Assembly (NCBI GenBank): GCA_963664825.1
Contig: OY761614.1
Coordinates: 800,001-864,000, forward strand
Direction of reading: 5' to 3'
DNA length: 64,000 nt
From: an uncultured Holophaga sp.
Lineage (GTDB): Bacteria; Acidobacteriota; Holophagae; Holophagales; Holophagaceae
The notes under the pieces: generated by a model
Database searches by the model: none
What the model was told of the DNA's origin: nothing
Seen by the model: only the letters and a program-made list of their open reading frames with translations
Part shown: positions 39,293-49,203 of the stretch, one piece after another
Position numbering within the stretch: position 1 is the stretch's first letter
Layout of the letters: each line of letters starts with the position of its first letter
Translations under genes and position numbers: made by a program

Positions 39293-39685
39293 CTAGCGGG
39301 CATCCATGTAGGGGACCACCTGGGTCTTTTCGGTCACCAGGGGATAGGTGAAGACGCCGTAGAAATCGATCTTCCGCGTGTAATTGATCCGCACGGTGCA
39401 GCTGCCGGCTTGGCCGTCTCCGACCTTGGTGACGACGATGGCCCCAGGGGCCAGGGCTTCCGGGATGTTCTGTTCCCGCGCCTGCTGGTTGATCTGGGCC
39501 TCGATGGTGGCCTGGGGCAGAATGCCCGCCCGCCCGACCACATTCTCCACGGCGGTAAGGAACTCGTTATTGGAGAAGTAAACGGGCACAGCCTTGAAGC
39601 CCACCGCTCCCAGGAGGGCGATCACGAGCAGGGTGACGATGCAACCGATCTTGCCTTCGCCGCGCTGTTGTTGTGCGTTTCGCAT
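39293..39685 (-). CDS. Hypothetical membrane-anchored protein (DUF4845-like)
   Basis: QRGEGKIGCIVTLLVIALL N-terminal anchor; 130 aa in operon. Confidence 0.6.
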   Translation of the reverse strand: MRNAQQQRGEGKIGCIVTLLVIALLGAVGFKAVPVYFSNNEFLTAVENVVGRAGILPQATIEAQINQQAREQNIPEALAPGAIVVTKVGDGQAGSCTVRINYTRKIDFYGVFTYPLVTEKTQVVPYMDAR

Positions 39686-39698
39686 GGGATCCTCCGGA

Positions 39699-41738
39699 TC
39701 AGAATTTGAGGTCTTCCAGGGCCTGTTTGACCAGGGGAGCCACCAGGGGCCCCTGGGGTCCGAAGAGGGTCGCCTGGGGGTATTTCAGGGCCTGGTTGAA
39801 GGACTGGATGGCTTCGGGCACGTAGACGTTGCCGAGGCGCAGCAGACAGAGGCCCGTGTAGTAGTCCAATGTGCCCTGGCTCACGCCCTGGGTGGCCATC
39901 ATGCGGGCATCCCGCAGCACTTCCATGGCCCGGTCGAAGAGCCGGAAGTGCATGAGGGCCAGGGCCTGGTTCAGCCGGAGCAGGCCGGCCTCGTCTCCCC
40001 GGGCCCCCAGATAGCGCAGGCGGAGTTCGGCGAGCACGAAGGGGTAGCAGAGATCGGAGCCATTCAAGGGGATCTCCAGGCCCTGCCGACTGAGGGGCAC
40101 CTGGAAGGAGGCCTCGCCCTGGGCGAGGGTGATCTGCTCCCCCGGCGTCTCCGCCAGGGCCCTGCGGAAGGCGCCGACGCTCTCGACGGCCTTGCCATTG
40201 ACCTGGGTGATGGGACTCGAGGCCTTGATCCCGGCCTTGAGGGCCGCCTCATCGGCGCGGAGCACCCAGGGACCGGCTTCCCCCGGCAGATCCAGCATAT
40301 TGAGCCCCGCCCAGGGTTCCCAGAGGGGAGGCATCCGGTTCAGCCGGGCGGCCAGGGCGGCCAGGGGATCCTGTTCCAGGGCCTTGACCACACTGTGATC
40401 CTCTTCGCCCTGGAGGGTGGAGACCACCAACTCGATCTCGTGGATGGGCTTTCCGGGCACGGGGCGGGCCGTGAGGGTGAGCTCGACTTCCTTGCTGGCC
40501 CGGACTCGGGCCAAGGCTTCCGCCGGGCTCTCGCCCTTGGCCGGACTGAGGAAGGCCAGGGCCTGGAGCCGTTCCCCGAAGCCCTCCAGGAGGCGCAGGA
40601 TCCGCTCCCGCCCCGCGAAATCCTCGGAACCCTCAAAGCCCAGATAGATCATGCGGACCTTGGGCCGGGCGTTCACCCGGATGGATTTGCCCTCGGGCAC
40701 CTCCACGCGCTGGGTGAAGCCTCCGGCGGGGTAGCGCACCTGCACGTCATAGACGCCGCTGCACACCTGAAGATCCTTGACCGGCACGGGACCCATGCTC
40801 TTGCCCGAGAGCAGGAGTTCGCCGGGGCTCCCGCTGGCCACCGTGAGCAGGCCCCGGCTGGCCTCGAGCTTGATGGCCTCCAGCAGATGATCGGCGAAGG
40901 GCATCGCGAAGGTGGGATCGAGTTCCATGCGCCGCGTGCGGAAGCAGGGGGCCTGGAATTCCAGGACATGCTTCCCGGCGGAGAGTTCACCCACCACGCA
41001 AGGGGCCGAGAGTTCCTCCAGGCGCAGGCCCGCCTTCGCCGCCAAGGGCCCCATCTCTGGAGGGGCCATGCCCTGGGAGACTCCCACGCGCTTGCCATCC
41101 AGCCAGACCTCGACTCCCCGAGGGGAGGTGCAGAGGATGACCGTGCTGGAGACCCGGGTGAGCTTGAATTCCAGGTTCTTGGCTTCCCGGAGGGCCAGCT
41201 CCACCTGCTGTTCGACGCCCTGGTAGCCGGGCTTGGCATACAGGATCCTGTGGCTGCCGGGAGAGAGGAAGCGCAGGGCCAGGCCCTGGGGCCGAGGATT
41301 GCCGTCCACGCTCAGGCTCCCCCCCTCGGGGTCCAGGCTGAGCTTCACGCGCACGAGCCGCCCACTGCGCAGGGTCTCGAAGAGGCCCTGGAGCCGGGCA
41401 TTGGTGATGACCCGGTCCAGATCGAAATCAGGGTTGAGGGCGAGCAGGGACTCCAGATCCTTGGGCGTCCGGGCCCTCCGGGCCGGGCTCCGGTCATCGA
41501 GGACGGCCAGCCAATTGTAGGTCTCGCAGAGGACCTGCAGCCATCCCCCTTCGAGAGCCTTCCCCTTGGGTTCCAGGGCGCCGAGAACCTGTTCGAATTT
41601 GGCAGTCGCCCCCTCCCGGTCCCCTTGAGTGGCCCAGAGGGCCTTGGCCTCCTGGAAGGTTTCCTTCAGGGCGGGCTCCTGGGCCCAGAGACCCGCACAG
41701 GCGAGGAAGATTAGGGCGCGGCAGATACGCATGGACAT
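39699..41738 (-). CDS. Exported PEGA-domain protein with PDZ-like and TPR-like segments
   Basis: Signal peptide; LSPGSHRILYAKPGY and TSPRGVEVWLDG PEGA motifs; AGI...ITQVNG PDZ-like. Confidence 0.7.
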   Translation of the reverse strand: MSMRICRALIFLACAGLWAQEPALKETFQEAKALWATQGDREGATAKFEQVLGALEPKGKALEGGWLQVLCETYNWLAVLDDRSPARRARTPKDLESLLALNPDFDLDRVITNARLQGLFETLRSGRLVRVKLSLDPEGGSLSVDGNPRPQGLALRFLSPGSHRILYAKPGYQGVEQQVELALREAKNLEFKLTRVSSTVILCTSPRGVEVWLDGKRVGVSQGMAPPEMGPLAAKAGLRLEELSAPCVVGELSAGKHVLEFQAPCFRTRRMELDPTFAMPFADHLLEAIKLEASRGLLTVASGSPGELLLSGKSMGPVPVKDLQVCSGVYDVQVRYPAGGFTQRVEVPEGKSIRVNARPKVRMIYLGFEGSEDFAGRERILRLLEGFGERLQALAFLSPAKGESPAEALARVRASKEVELTLTARPVPGKPIHEIELVVSTLQGEEDHSVVKALEQDPLAALAARLNRMPPLWEPWAGLNMLDLPGEAGPWVLRADEAALKAGIKASSPITQVNGKAVESVGAFRRALAETPGEQITLAQGEASFQVPLSRQGLEIPLNGSDLCYPFVLAELRLRYLGARGDEAGLLRLNQALALMHFRLFDRAMEVLRDARMMATQGVSQGTLDYYTGLCLLRLGNVYVPEAIQSFNQALKYPQATLFGPQGPLVAPLVKQALEDLKF

Positions 41739-41739
41739 C

Positions 41740-43200
41740 TCAGTTCAACCGGACGATGAGGTCATTGGAGCGATCGGCCAGGAGGATGCCCCCCTGGCGG
41801 TCCAGGGCGATGGCGCGGAACTTCCCGTTCAAGCCCAGGGCCTTGAAGGTGGCCTGTCTCAGCAGGGCCCCATCGGGACCCCAGAGCACCACGCCTTCGA
41901 AGTCCCCGTCTACGATAGCCGCCACATGCCCGGTGGGATCGGCGCAGAGGGAGAGCACGTATTTGAAAGAGGACGGGAGTTCCTTGCCATAGGGCACCGT
42001 GAGCCGGGGCTGGCCGGTGGCATCCAGGAATAGCAGGCTGCGGTTGGCGTCGGAGGCCACCACGGCTCCGCCCGTGGGCAGGGCGGCCATGGCGTTGGCG
42101 GCCGGGGAGGGCAGGTTGCGGGTGCTGCCATCCCCGGCCAGGACCGTGATGGAGGCGGCCTTGGCATCGCTCACCCAGAGGTTCTGCCAGCCATCCAGGA
42201 AGGCGCCGGTGGGCGCCCCAAGGCCAGGGATGGGGACGGGAGGCGCCCCCTCCTCGCGGAGGACGCCCAGCTTGGTCACCAGCCAGGGAATGCCCGAGGG
42301 GGTGAGGGCCATGGTCCGGGCGCTCTTAGCCAGGACTCCGGCCGGGAGGAGTTCGCCGCCCTTCAGCAGGAAGGCCCGGTCCAGATCGTCCTGGTAGATG
42401 AAGAGTTCGCCCTTGGGGCCCGTGGCCAGGAGGGTGGGCGTCTTGAGCCACTTGGTGCGCCCCTGGGGCCAGGGGCCCTCGGATTTCAGTCCCGGTCTCT
42501 GGAGGCGGTGCCTGACCCGCACGGCGATGCGCCATTGGGCTTCCTGGGCCTCGGGGCTCTGGGGGAACTGGGTGAGGATCCCCTGGAGGAGGCGTAGGCA
42601 GCCAGGCAGATCGCCCATCACATCCAGCAGTTCTCCGGCCTGGAGCTGAGCCATGGGGGCCACGGGAGAGGTGGGATCCTGGCGCAGGACCTCGGTGAAG
42701 TGCTGGAGGGCCCGGACCCACTGGCCCTGGAGCCGAGCGGCGAGGCCCAGCTGGTAGCGGGCGGCGGGCACGGCGGGATGGTTGGGGAAGAGATCCACCA
42801 CCCGGTTGAATTCGCCGATGGCCTCCCGGAGATCCTGGGGCTTCCGGGCCTGGGAGGCGAGGATCTGGCCCCGCAGCAACAGGGCATCGGCGACCAAGGG
42901 AGCCTTGATGTACTCCGCCTTGAGGCGCTCCAACAGGGGAAGCGCGGCATTAGGCTTGCCTTCCACGTCCAGTTGATGATGGGCCATGCGCAGCAGAGCC
43001 TGAGCGCAGAAGGGCGATTTGGGCGCCTGGACCAGCAGCTGGTTCCAGGTTTCCAGAGCCTCCGCGTAGGACTTGGCGCCGTAGGCCCGCTCTCCCGACC
43101 GGAAGAGCCCTTCGGCCAGATCCCCATCCTGGGCACCGAGGGTGACGCAGACCGCCAGCACCAGGGTGAGGGCGCGGATCCGAGAGAAGGACAGGGGCAT
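41740..43200 (-). CDS. Exported TPR + NHL/beta-propeller protein
   Basis: Repeated YbgF/BamD-like TPR units (FPNHPAVPAARYQLG); C-terminal LWVSD and IALDRQGGILLAD blades. Confidence 0.72.
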   Translation of the reverse strand: MPLSFSRIRALTLVLAVCVTLGAQDGDLAEGLFRSGERAYGAKSYAEALETWNQLLVQAPKSPFCAQALLRMAHHQLDVEGKPNAALPLLERLKAEYIKAPLVADALLLRGQILASQARKPQDLREAIGEFNRVVDLFPNHPAVPAARYQLGLAARLQGQWVRALQHFTEVLRQDPTSPVAPMAQLQAGELLDVMGDLPGCLRLLQGILTQFPQSPEAQEAQWRIAVRVRHRLQRPGLKSEGPWPQGRTKWLKTPTLLATGPKGELFIYQDDLDRAFLLKGGELLPAGVLAKSARTMALTPSGIPWLVTKLGVLREEGAPPVPIPGLGAPTGAFLDGWQNLWVSDAKAASITVLAGDGSTRNLPSPAANAMAALPTGGAVVASDANRSLLFLDATGQPRLTVPYGKELPSSFKYVLSLCADPTGHVAAIVDGDFEGVVLWGPDGALLRQATFKALGLNGKFRAIALDRQGGILLADRSNDLIVRLN

Positions 43201-43254
43201 GGGGGCCTCAAAAGAAGGAAGGGATCTGATCCGATTCTAGTGCAACTCGCGCCT

Positions 43255-45942
43255 TCAGTTCTCGATGGCGCGCAGAAGCTGTTCCATGGGATAGGGTTTG
43301 AAGAGCGTGCCCTCCACCCAGGAGGCTTCAGCCAGGGAGCCCACGTCACGGCTGGCGGTGGAGAAGAACACGGCCCGGCAGCGCCCCTGGTTCCACTGCT
43401 GTTCGAGCCAGGTGACTAGGTCGCCCTCCCCATCCTGGGCCTCCGAAATGACCAGATCCACCGGGGAGGCCTCCAATAGGCTCCCGGCCTCCCCGCGGCC
43501 CCCGGCCTCTCGAATCTGCCAGCGTCCCGCAGCGGCCAATGCGGAGACCAGGCGCTTGCGGAAGAAGGCACTGGGCTCCAGCAGCAGAATGCTCTGGACG
43601 GGGGGCTTCCGGTTCAGTTCGGCCTCCGTGAGCCCGAGGTGGAGCAGGCTCTGGCGCGCCGCGCTCTTGAGGCCCAATCCCGAAGCCCTCAGGAAGACAC
43701 TCCGCACGGGTTCCACCAATTCCGGATGGCGCGTGAAGCCTCCGATCTCACAGAGATGGGCCAGTTCCTTCCAGTCGGTGCTCTGCTTCCCCAGATCCAG
43801 GAGCACCATTCGGGCCAGACTATTGGCCAGTTCCGGACGGATGATGAATTCGGAATCCGCCAGGGACTCCCGCAGGGCCAGCAGGGCCTCGGCCCGCCGA
43901 GGGCCGCTGCTCGGGATCTTATGGATCTGGCTCTGGATATCGGATTCCTTCTTGGCGAGCAGGCCCAGGCTGGCGCTGCGCCGCCCCAGTTCCTTCACGA
44001 CCCCGGCCACGGCTTCATTGCTCTCGTGGTCCCAGGTCTCCTTGGTGCGCATATCGAAGAGGAAATCCGAGAGCCGATCCTTCAATTTGTCGTAGGCGCC
44101 CTGATCGAAGGTATAGAGGTCCTGCATGGCCAACATGGCCGGGAGGCGCTGTCCTTCGCCTTCCCGCTCATCGCAGCAGCGCTCCACCAGGGCCAACAGC
44201 GCAGGCACATGCTCCGGCGGCAGGGGATGCTCGAATCCGGGGAAGGCCGCCAGGGTGCCTTCGAGGCAGAGGATGAGCACCTGCGGGTGTTTGAGTTGGG
44301 GGGCTTTCTGGAGCAACCCCAGGGAGGCCTGAGGCTTGTTCAAGAGGCCCAGGGCCCGCACCAGGCTCAATTGAAGCGCCAGAGGCTTGCCATCGTGCAG
44401 CAGTTCGAGGAAGGTCGGGAGGGCTTCCGGGCTGCGAATCTGCGCCAAGGCGTCCACGGCCTCCACCAGGAGTTCGTCCCGCTGGTCCTTCTGGAGGAAG
44501 GCCAGGAGCGGAGCGGCGGCAGCGCGGGTCTGGTTTTCGCCGAAGGCCCAGATGGCCCGGCGCACCTGCTCGGGATGGCCCGATTCGAACTGGGCCATCA
44601 GGGAAGGCACGCTGCTGGGGAGCTTGCCCAGATGGTGGCTGGCCAGCTGCCCCACCTCCACGATGGAATCCTGCATGGCCTTCAGGAAGAAGGGCGTGAA
44701 GGCGTCCTCCTCCCGGCTGCCGATGGCATCGATGCAGTGCTGACGCCGCCGGAGTTCAGGCTCGGCGAGGATCTCGTCGAGCAGGGCCTCCTCGGTGGCC
44801 GGCACAAAACGGAGGAAGGCGTGGATGAAGGCATCCCCCCCCAGCCGCAGGCGGAAGGGACCCGCCAGGGCCGGGATGACCTCCTCGGCCCTGGCCAGTC
44901 CCACATCCACCCGCCGCGCTAGGCCTTCCGCGGCCTGGTCGAGGGTGGCGTTGAGACGATCCTGGCGGGCCTCTGCGGCCTCGAGGCTCTCGGACTGGAA
45001 GGCCGAATAGCGGGCGACCTTGTTCTCCAATAGCAGCCCCAGGGCCTCGATGAGGAAGGCTTCCCGGACACCCTGCTGGGCGGCCCGGAAAGGATCCAGG
45101 AGGGCCGTGGGATCCTGTTCCTCGGAAGGCTTGGCTAGAGCCTCCGAGAGCGTGCGCAGGGGCTCGGGGAGCCGCTTTCCAAAGGCTTCGGCGAGCAGCC
45201 CGAAGAACTCGTCCCGGGCGTTGCCCCGGGCCATGTTGTGGATCTTCCGGAGGAGTTCCAGGAGCGCATGGTTGTCCTGCAACTCCCCGGTGCTCCGCTC
45301 CGCCAATGCGGCGAGGAAATCCGTGGCCTCGGGACCGGGAATCCCCGCCAGGATCCGGAGGGCCAGGTGGCTCACCATCTCATCGCTATTCTGCTGGGCC
45401 TCGATGAGCTCCGGCAGATCCTTGGCCTCGGCCAGGGGCGCCAGCACCCGGGCCCCCTGCACGGCCAGCCGGGGATTCCCTGAACCCTCCAGCAGACGCC
45501 CCAGGTAGTGGGCGAAGGGCTGGGAAGCCTGATAGAGAGTGAGTTCCCGGGTCAGGATGGTCTGGCGATCCACATCGAGCCGGGCCTTCTGGAGTTCCAG
45601 GAGGGCCTGGAAGGCCTCCCGGGTACCCAACAACCCCAGGGCAGCGGACCCCTCGTCGAAGATGCCCAGGTCTCCTTCCAGGAGCAGGGCCTCCCGGATG
45701 AAGGGGACCCATTCCGGCCAGTCGAAGCGGGCCACCAGGGAGAGCAGCAGGCGGCGCAGGCCCTTGGGGGCAGCGCCGGGAGCCAAGAGCGGGCCCAGCA
45801 CAGGCAGGGCCTGCTTCCGGAGGCTCTGGAGCCCGTGGGTCAGACGGACGGGAAAGCTGCTGTCTCCATCGGCAAATTCCCCCAGAAGGGCGCGCAACGC
45901 GTCCAGGGGAGTGAGCGGGGCGACACGGGGAAGGATCGGCAT
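43255..45942 (-). CDS. HEAT-repeat protein with C-terminal atypical receiver domain
   Basis: Leu-rich helical repeats (VRRAIWAFG, EAVDALAQI); ILLLEPS...DLVISE...LFKPY receiver fold. Confidence 0.72.
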   Translation of the reverse strand: MPILPRVAPLTPLDALRALLGEFADGDSSFPVRLTHGLQSLRKQALPVLGPLLAPGAAPKGLRRLLLSLVARFDWPEWVPFIREALLLEGDLGIFDEGSAALGLLGTREAFQALLELQKARLDVDRQTILTRELTLYQASQPFAHYLGRLLEGSGNPRLAVQGARVLAPLAEAKDLPELIEAQQNSDEMVSHLALRILAGIPGPEATDFLAALAERSTGELQDNHALLELLRKIHNMARGNARDEFFGLLAEAFGKRLPEPLRTLSEALAKPSEEQDPTALLDPFRAAQQGVREAFLIEALGLLLENKVARYSAFQSESLEAAEARQDRLNATLDQAAEGLARRVDVGLARAEEVIPALAGPFRLRLGGDAFIHAFLRFVPATEEALLDEILAEPELRRRQHCIDAIGSREEDAFTPFFLKAMQDSIVEVGQLASHHLGKLPSSVPSLMAQFESGHPEQVRRAIWAFGENQTRAAAAPLLAFLQKDQRDELLVEAVDALAQIRSPEALPTFLELLHDGKPLALQLSLVRALGLLNKPQASLGLLQKAPQLKHPQVLILCLEGTLAAFPGFEHPLPPEHVPALLALVERCCDEREGEGQRLPAMLAMQDLYTFDQGAYDKLKDRLSDFLFDMRTKETWDHESNEAVAGVVKELGRRSASLGLLAKKESDIQSQIHKIPSSGPRRAEALLALRESLADSEFIIRPELANSLARMVLLDLGKQSTDWKELAHLCEIGGFTRHPELVEPVRSVFLRASGLGLKSAARQSLLHLGLTEAELNRKPPVQSILLLEPSAFFRKRLVSALAAAGRWQIREAGGRGEAGSLLEASPVDLVISEAQDGEGDLVTWLEQQWNQGRCRAVFFSTASRDVGSLAEASWVEGTLFKPYPMEQLLRAIEN

Positions 45943-46081
45943 GCTTCATTGTCTTCGGACAAGGGCGGCCTGGGAATGAACCTCGACATCTTTTCATTGA
46001 AGAGCCGAAGGTCTAGCGTTGTGGAATGCACCTCCCTGGCCTGGCACTCCGCGGACTTCAGGCCCTCCCTGGGGAGGCCTA

Positions 46082-46771
46082 GTGTCGCTCCTCCGGAATC
46101 TCTGGCGAGGGGCCTTTTGGCCCACCCGCACCTTCGGGCAACGGGCCCTGGAGGCCCCCCCCCTCAGGGCTTCCCTGGGCACCCTCCTCCTGCTCAGGAC
46201 GCCCCTGGCCTTGGCCTCCATGGCCCTGGGCTACTGGGGCTTCCGCAGGACCTGGGGCGAATTCCTGAGGCCAGAAGGCGGGTTGGCGGAGTGGATCGGA
46301 TCCCAGGCTCTGCCCATCAATCCCGAAGATTGGCGGAAAATCTGCGCGGAGTTGCCGACCCTCCCGGGGCTAGGCCGGGTCCTGCCTTGGCTGGTCCTGC
46401 TGGCCCCCTTGAGCGTCCTGAGCCTCTGGCTGCACGATGCGGTGTGGGATCACGGCTGCCTCTGGATGCTGGGAGGGGTGAAGAGGCATTCTTTTCGGGC
46501 CACCCTGATCGCCGAGGCCGAGGCCCTCTCGGTGGGTTCCATCGGCGCCGCGGCGGGTTTCCTGGGCTACTTGCCCCACCTTGGCTGGGTGATCTGGGTG
46601 GCTATCGCGGTCTGGTTCTGGATCCTGCGGGGCTTCGCCCTGGCGGCCTGGCACCATTGCCCCGTCTGGAAAGCCATTGCGGCCACCCTATTCCACGCGG
46701 TGCTGGCTGCGTGCTGCCTGGCGGTCCTGTTCGGACTCTGCGCCACTGTGCTCACCATGGCCTTGGCGTGA
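46082..46771 (+). CDS. Integral membrane protein (Yip1-like)
   Basis: GTG after GGAGG; PTRTF motif; several hydrophobic helices. Confidence 0.6.
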   Translation: MSLLRNLWRGAFWPTRTFGQRALEAPPLRASLGTLLLLRTPLALASMALGYWGFRRTWGEFLRPEGGLAEWIGSQALPINPEDWRKICAELPTLPGLGRVLPWLVLLAPLSVLSLWLHDAVWDHGCLWMLGGVKRHSFRATLIAEAEALSVGSIGAAAGFLGYLPHLGWVIWVAIAVWFWILRGFALAAWHHCPVWKAIAATLFHAVLAACCLAVLFGLCATVLTMALA

Positions 46772-47151
46772 AGACCGGGCCCCGCACCCCCTGGCTGGCC
46801 CTGACGATCCTCGGGGCAGCCCTCGGATGCATGTGCCTGGCCTGGGCGGTGGGGACGCTGCATCTCCAGCCCCCACGCTGTCAATTCAAGGCGCTATTCG
46901 GGATTCCCTGCGCCACCTGCGGGGGCACGCGCTGCGTCTTGGCCCTCACGGGAGGGCATCTGGGGGAGGCCTTCCACTGGCACCCGGTACTAGCCCTCCT
47001 GGGTATCCTCTCCCCCCTGGCGCTCCTATGGGATCTGCGCCGGGCCTGGCGGGGAGAACCCTACCCTTTGCCCTCCGGGAAATGGGCCCCCCTGACCGCG
47101 GCGACCCTGCTGGCCGCCACTTGGCTCCTGCAACTAGCGCGAGGCCTTTGA
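46768..47151 (+). CDS. DUF2752-family membrane protein
   Basis: CQFKALFGIPCATCGGTR...AFHWHP signature; GTGA overlap. Confidence 0.8.
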   Translation: MKTGPRTPWLALTILGAALGCMCLAWAVGTLHLQPPRCQFKALFGIPCATCGGTRCVLALTGGHLGEAFHWHPVLALLGILSPLALLWDLRRAWRGEPYPLPSGKWAPLTAATLLAATWLLQLARGL

Positions 47152-47190
47152 TCGGGGCATGATGGTTCCACGTCCCTTTGGAGACTCCCA

Positions 47191-47550
47191 ATGCCCTTCC
47201 AGGATATTCTGGACCGTTTGATCGAGCGGATCCCGGAATCGATCGCCGCCAGTTTCAATGACAAGGATGGGGAACCCATCTGCGCGCGCACCATCGAAGT
47301 CCCCAATGATGCCCTCCAACTGCTGGGCGCCTACCGCAATGTGGTCAAGCGCCATCTGCAGCAGGCCGTGGAGGAATTCGACAAGGGCGAGATCGAACAG
47401 GTGGCCTTCTGCACGGATCAGCATTGGATCCTGATGATGGGCGCCGCGGAGCAGTGCTCCCTGGTGGTGGTCATGCACCGGGAGGGCATCCTGGGGCGCG
47501 CCCGCTTCGAGATGGGCCAGGCAATCGAAATCCTGAACCGGGAGCTCTAG
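47191..47550 (+). CDS. Roadblock/LC7 (MglB-like) domain protein
   Basis: DKDGEPI motif, LVVVM...ILGRARFEM; 119 aa; GGAG RBS. Confidence 0.75.
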   Translation: MPFQDILDRLIERIPESIAASFNDKDGEPICARTIEVPNDALQLLGAYRNVVKRHLQQAVEEFDKGEIEQVAFCTDQHWILMMGAAEQCSLVVVMHREGILGRARFEMGQAIEILNREL

Positions 47551-47591
47551 GGGCCCGTTGAACATCCGTTAAATTAAATCAAGGAGGAACC

Positions 47592-49040
47592 ATGGCGCGA
47601 TTCATGGGCTTGGTAGGTGTGCTGGTCTTTCTGAGCCTGGCATTCTTGATGTCCCGGGACCGGAAATCCATCCACTGGCGCACCATCGGATGGGCCCTGA
47701 CGCTCCAGTGGATCTTCGCCGTGATCGTCCTCAAGGGCGATCTCATTTCCGGAGGCCTCACCCATCTCCTGCCCTGGCCGGGTATCTGGCTCCACCCGGG
47801 CCAGCCCACCATGAAGTTCGTGGGCCTGGGCTGGATCGTGCTGCTGCTCATGTTCACGCCCATGCTGCTGAAGCGCTTCGCCGCCTACCAGAACAAGCGG
47901 CTGAACTGGACCATCTTCGGCGCGGTCGTCTTCGCCATGCTCTGGGGCAACCTGGTGGGCAAGACCTTTAGCACCATGCGCCAGGTGGTGGAGCACCTCA
48001 TGGCCTTCGCCAAAGAGGGCGCCACCTTCGTCTTCGGGGACCTGGCCAGTGGCGCAGGCGCCACCGTCATGGGCCCCAATGGCCTCAACGTGGGCAGGCT
48101 GGGGATGGTCTTCGCCTTCGTGGTGCTGCCCACCATTATCTTCGTGGCCAGCATCTTCGCAGTGCTCTACTACATGGGCATCATGCAGTGGGTGGTAGGC
48201 GCCTGCGCGAGGGCCATGGGACGCCTGCTGAAGGTGTCCGGCGCCGAGAGCGTGAGCGTGGCCGCCAGCGTCCTCATGGGCCAGACCGAAGCCCCCCTCA
48301 CCATCCGGCCCTACCTGCCCAAATTCACCCGCAGCGAGCTCATGGTCATCATGACGGCGGGCATGGCCCACGTATCGGGATCGATCATGGTGGCCTACGT
48401 GCAGATCGCCCATGTGGATATCGTCCATCTGCTCACGGCCGTGATCATGACGGCGCCGGGCGCCATCATGATCGCCAAGATCATGGAACCCGAGACCGGC
48501 ACCCCTGAAACCGCAGGAACAGTGCAGGTCAATATCCCCTGCACGGACGCCAATGTCCTGGACGCCGCCGCCCGAGGCGCGGGAGAGGGTGGGAACCTGG
48601 CCTTCAACGTGGCCGTGATGCTCATCGCCTTCATCGCCCTGGTGGCCCTGATCAACGGCCTCCTCAAGGCCGTGCATCCGGGCCTCTCCATGGAAGCCAT
48701 CATGGCCGTGGTATTCAGACCCTTCGCCTTCCTCATGGGCGTGCCCTGGCGGGAATCCGGCATCGTCGGCGCCCTGCTGGGCAAGCGCATGGTCATCAAC
48801 GAATTCGTGGCCTTCATCGAGCTGGGCAATCTGCCCCTCCTGAGCGCCAAGGCCAAGCTCGTGGCCACCTTCGCCCTCTGCGGCTTCGCCAACTTCTCCA
48901 GCATCGCCATCCAGATCGGCGGCATCGGCGCCCTCATCCCCGAGAGGCGCGGCGATCTCGCCCGCCTGGGCTTCCGGGCCATGATCGCCGGCACCCTGGC
49001 GAATTTCCTCAGCGCCTGCATCGCCGGCGTGCTGACCTAA
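47592..49040 (+). CDS. Concentrative nucleoside transporter (NupC/CNT family)
   Basis: GATFVFG, FAFVVLPTIIF, GQTEAPL, INEFVAF, FALCGFANFSS; AAGGAGG RBS. Confidence 0.95.
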   Translation: MARFMGLVGVLVFLSLAFLMSRDRKSIHWRTIGWALTLQWIFAVIVLKGDLISGGLTHLLPWPGIWLHPGQPTMKFVGLGWIVLLLMFTPMLLKRFAAYQNKRLNWTIFGAVVFAMLWGNLVGKTFSTMRQVVEHLMAFAKEGATFVFGDLASGAGATVMGPNGLNVGRLGMVFAFVVLPTIIFVASIFAVLYYMGIMQWVVGACARAMGRLLKVSGAESVSVAASVLMGQTEAPLTIRPYLPKFTRSELMVIMTAGMAHVSGSIMVAYVQIAHVDIVHLLTAVIMTAPGAIMIAKIMEPETGTPETAGTVQVNIPCTDANVLDAAARGAGEGGNLAFNVAVMLIAFIALVALINGLLKAVHPGLSMEAIMAVVFRPFAFLMGVPWRESGIVGALLGKRMVINEFVAFIELGNLPLLSAKAKLVATFALCGFANFSSIAIQIGGIGALIPERRGDLARLGFRAMIAGTLANFLSACIAGVLT

Positions 49041-49085
49041 ACCGGGAAGCCCGTTTCCAGCCAGGCCAGCGGTTCTACCGTTTCA

Positions 49086-49154
49086 GCTCTCACTGCTCTC
49101 ACTGCTCTCACCGTTCTCACTGGTTCCAAGACTTCACCGGTGAGGACAGTGAGA
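49086..49154. repeat. Four 9-bp tandem units plus an inverted arm
   Basis: (GCTCTCACT)2-GCTCTCACC-GTTCTCACT at 49086-49121; ACCGGTGAGGACAGTGAGA at 49136-49154 is near-complementary. Confidence 0.75.
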
Positions 49155-49203
49155 AAAAGAAAGAGGGCAGCGTGTGGGCGGAGTGGATGTTCTCCATCCC
49201 CCA

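Noticed and set aside
47191..47550. MglA/MglB polarity module
   Set aside because: Roadblock protein is present but there is no adjacent small GTPase
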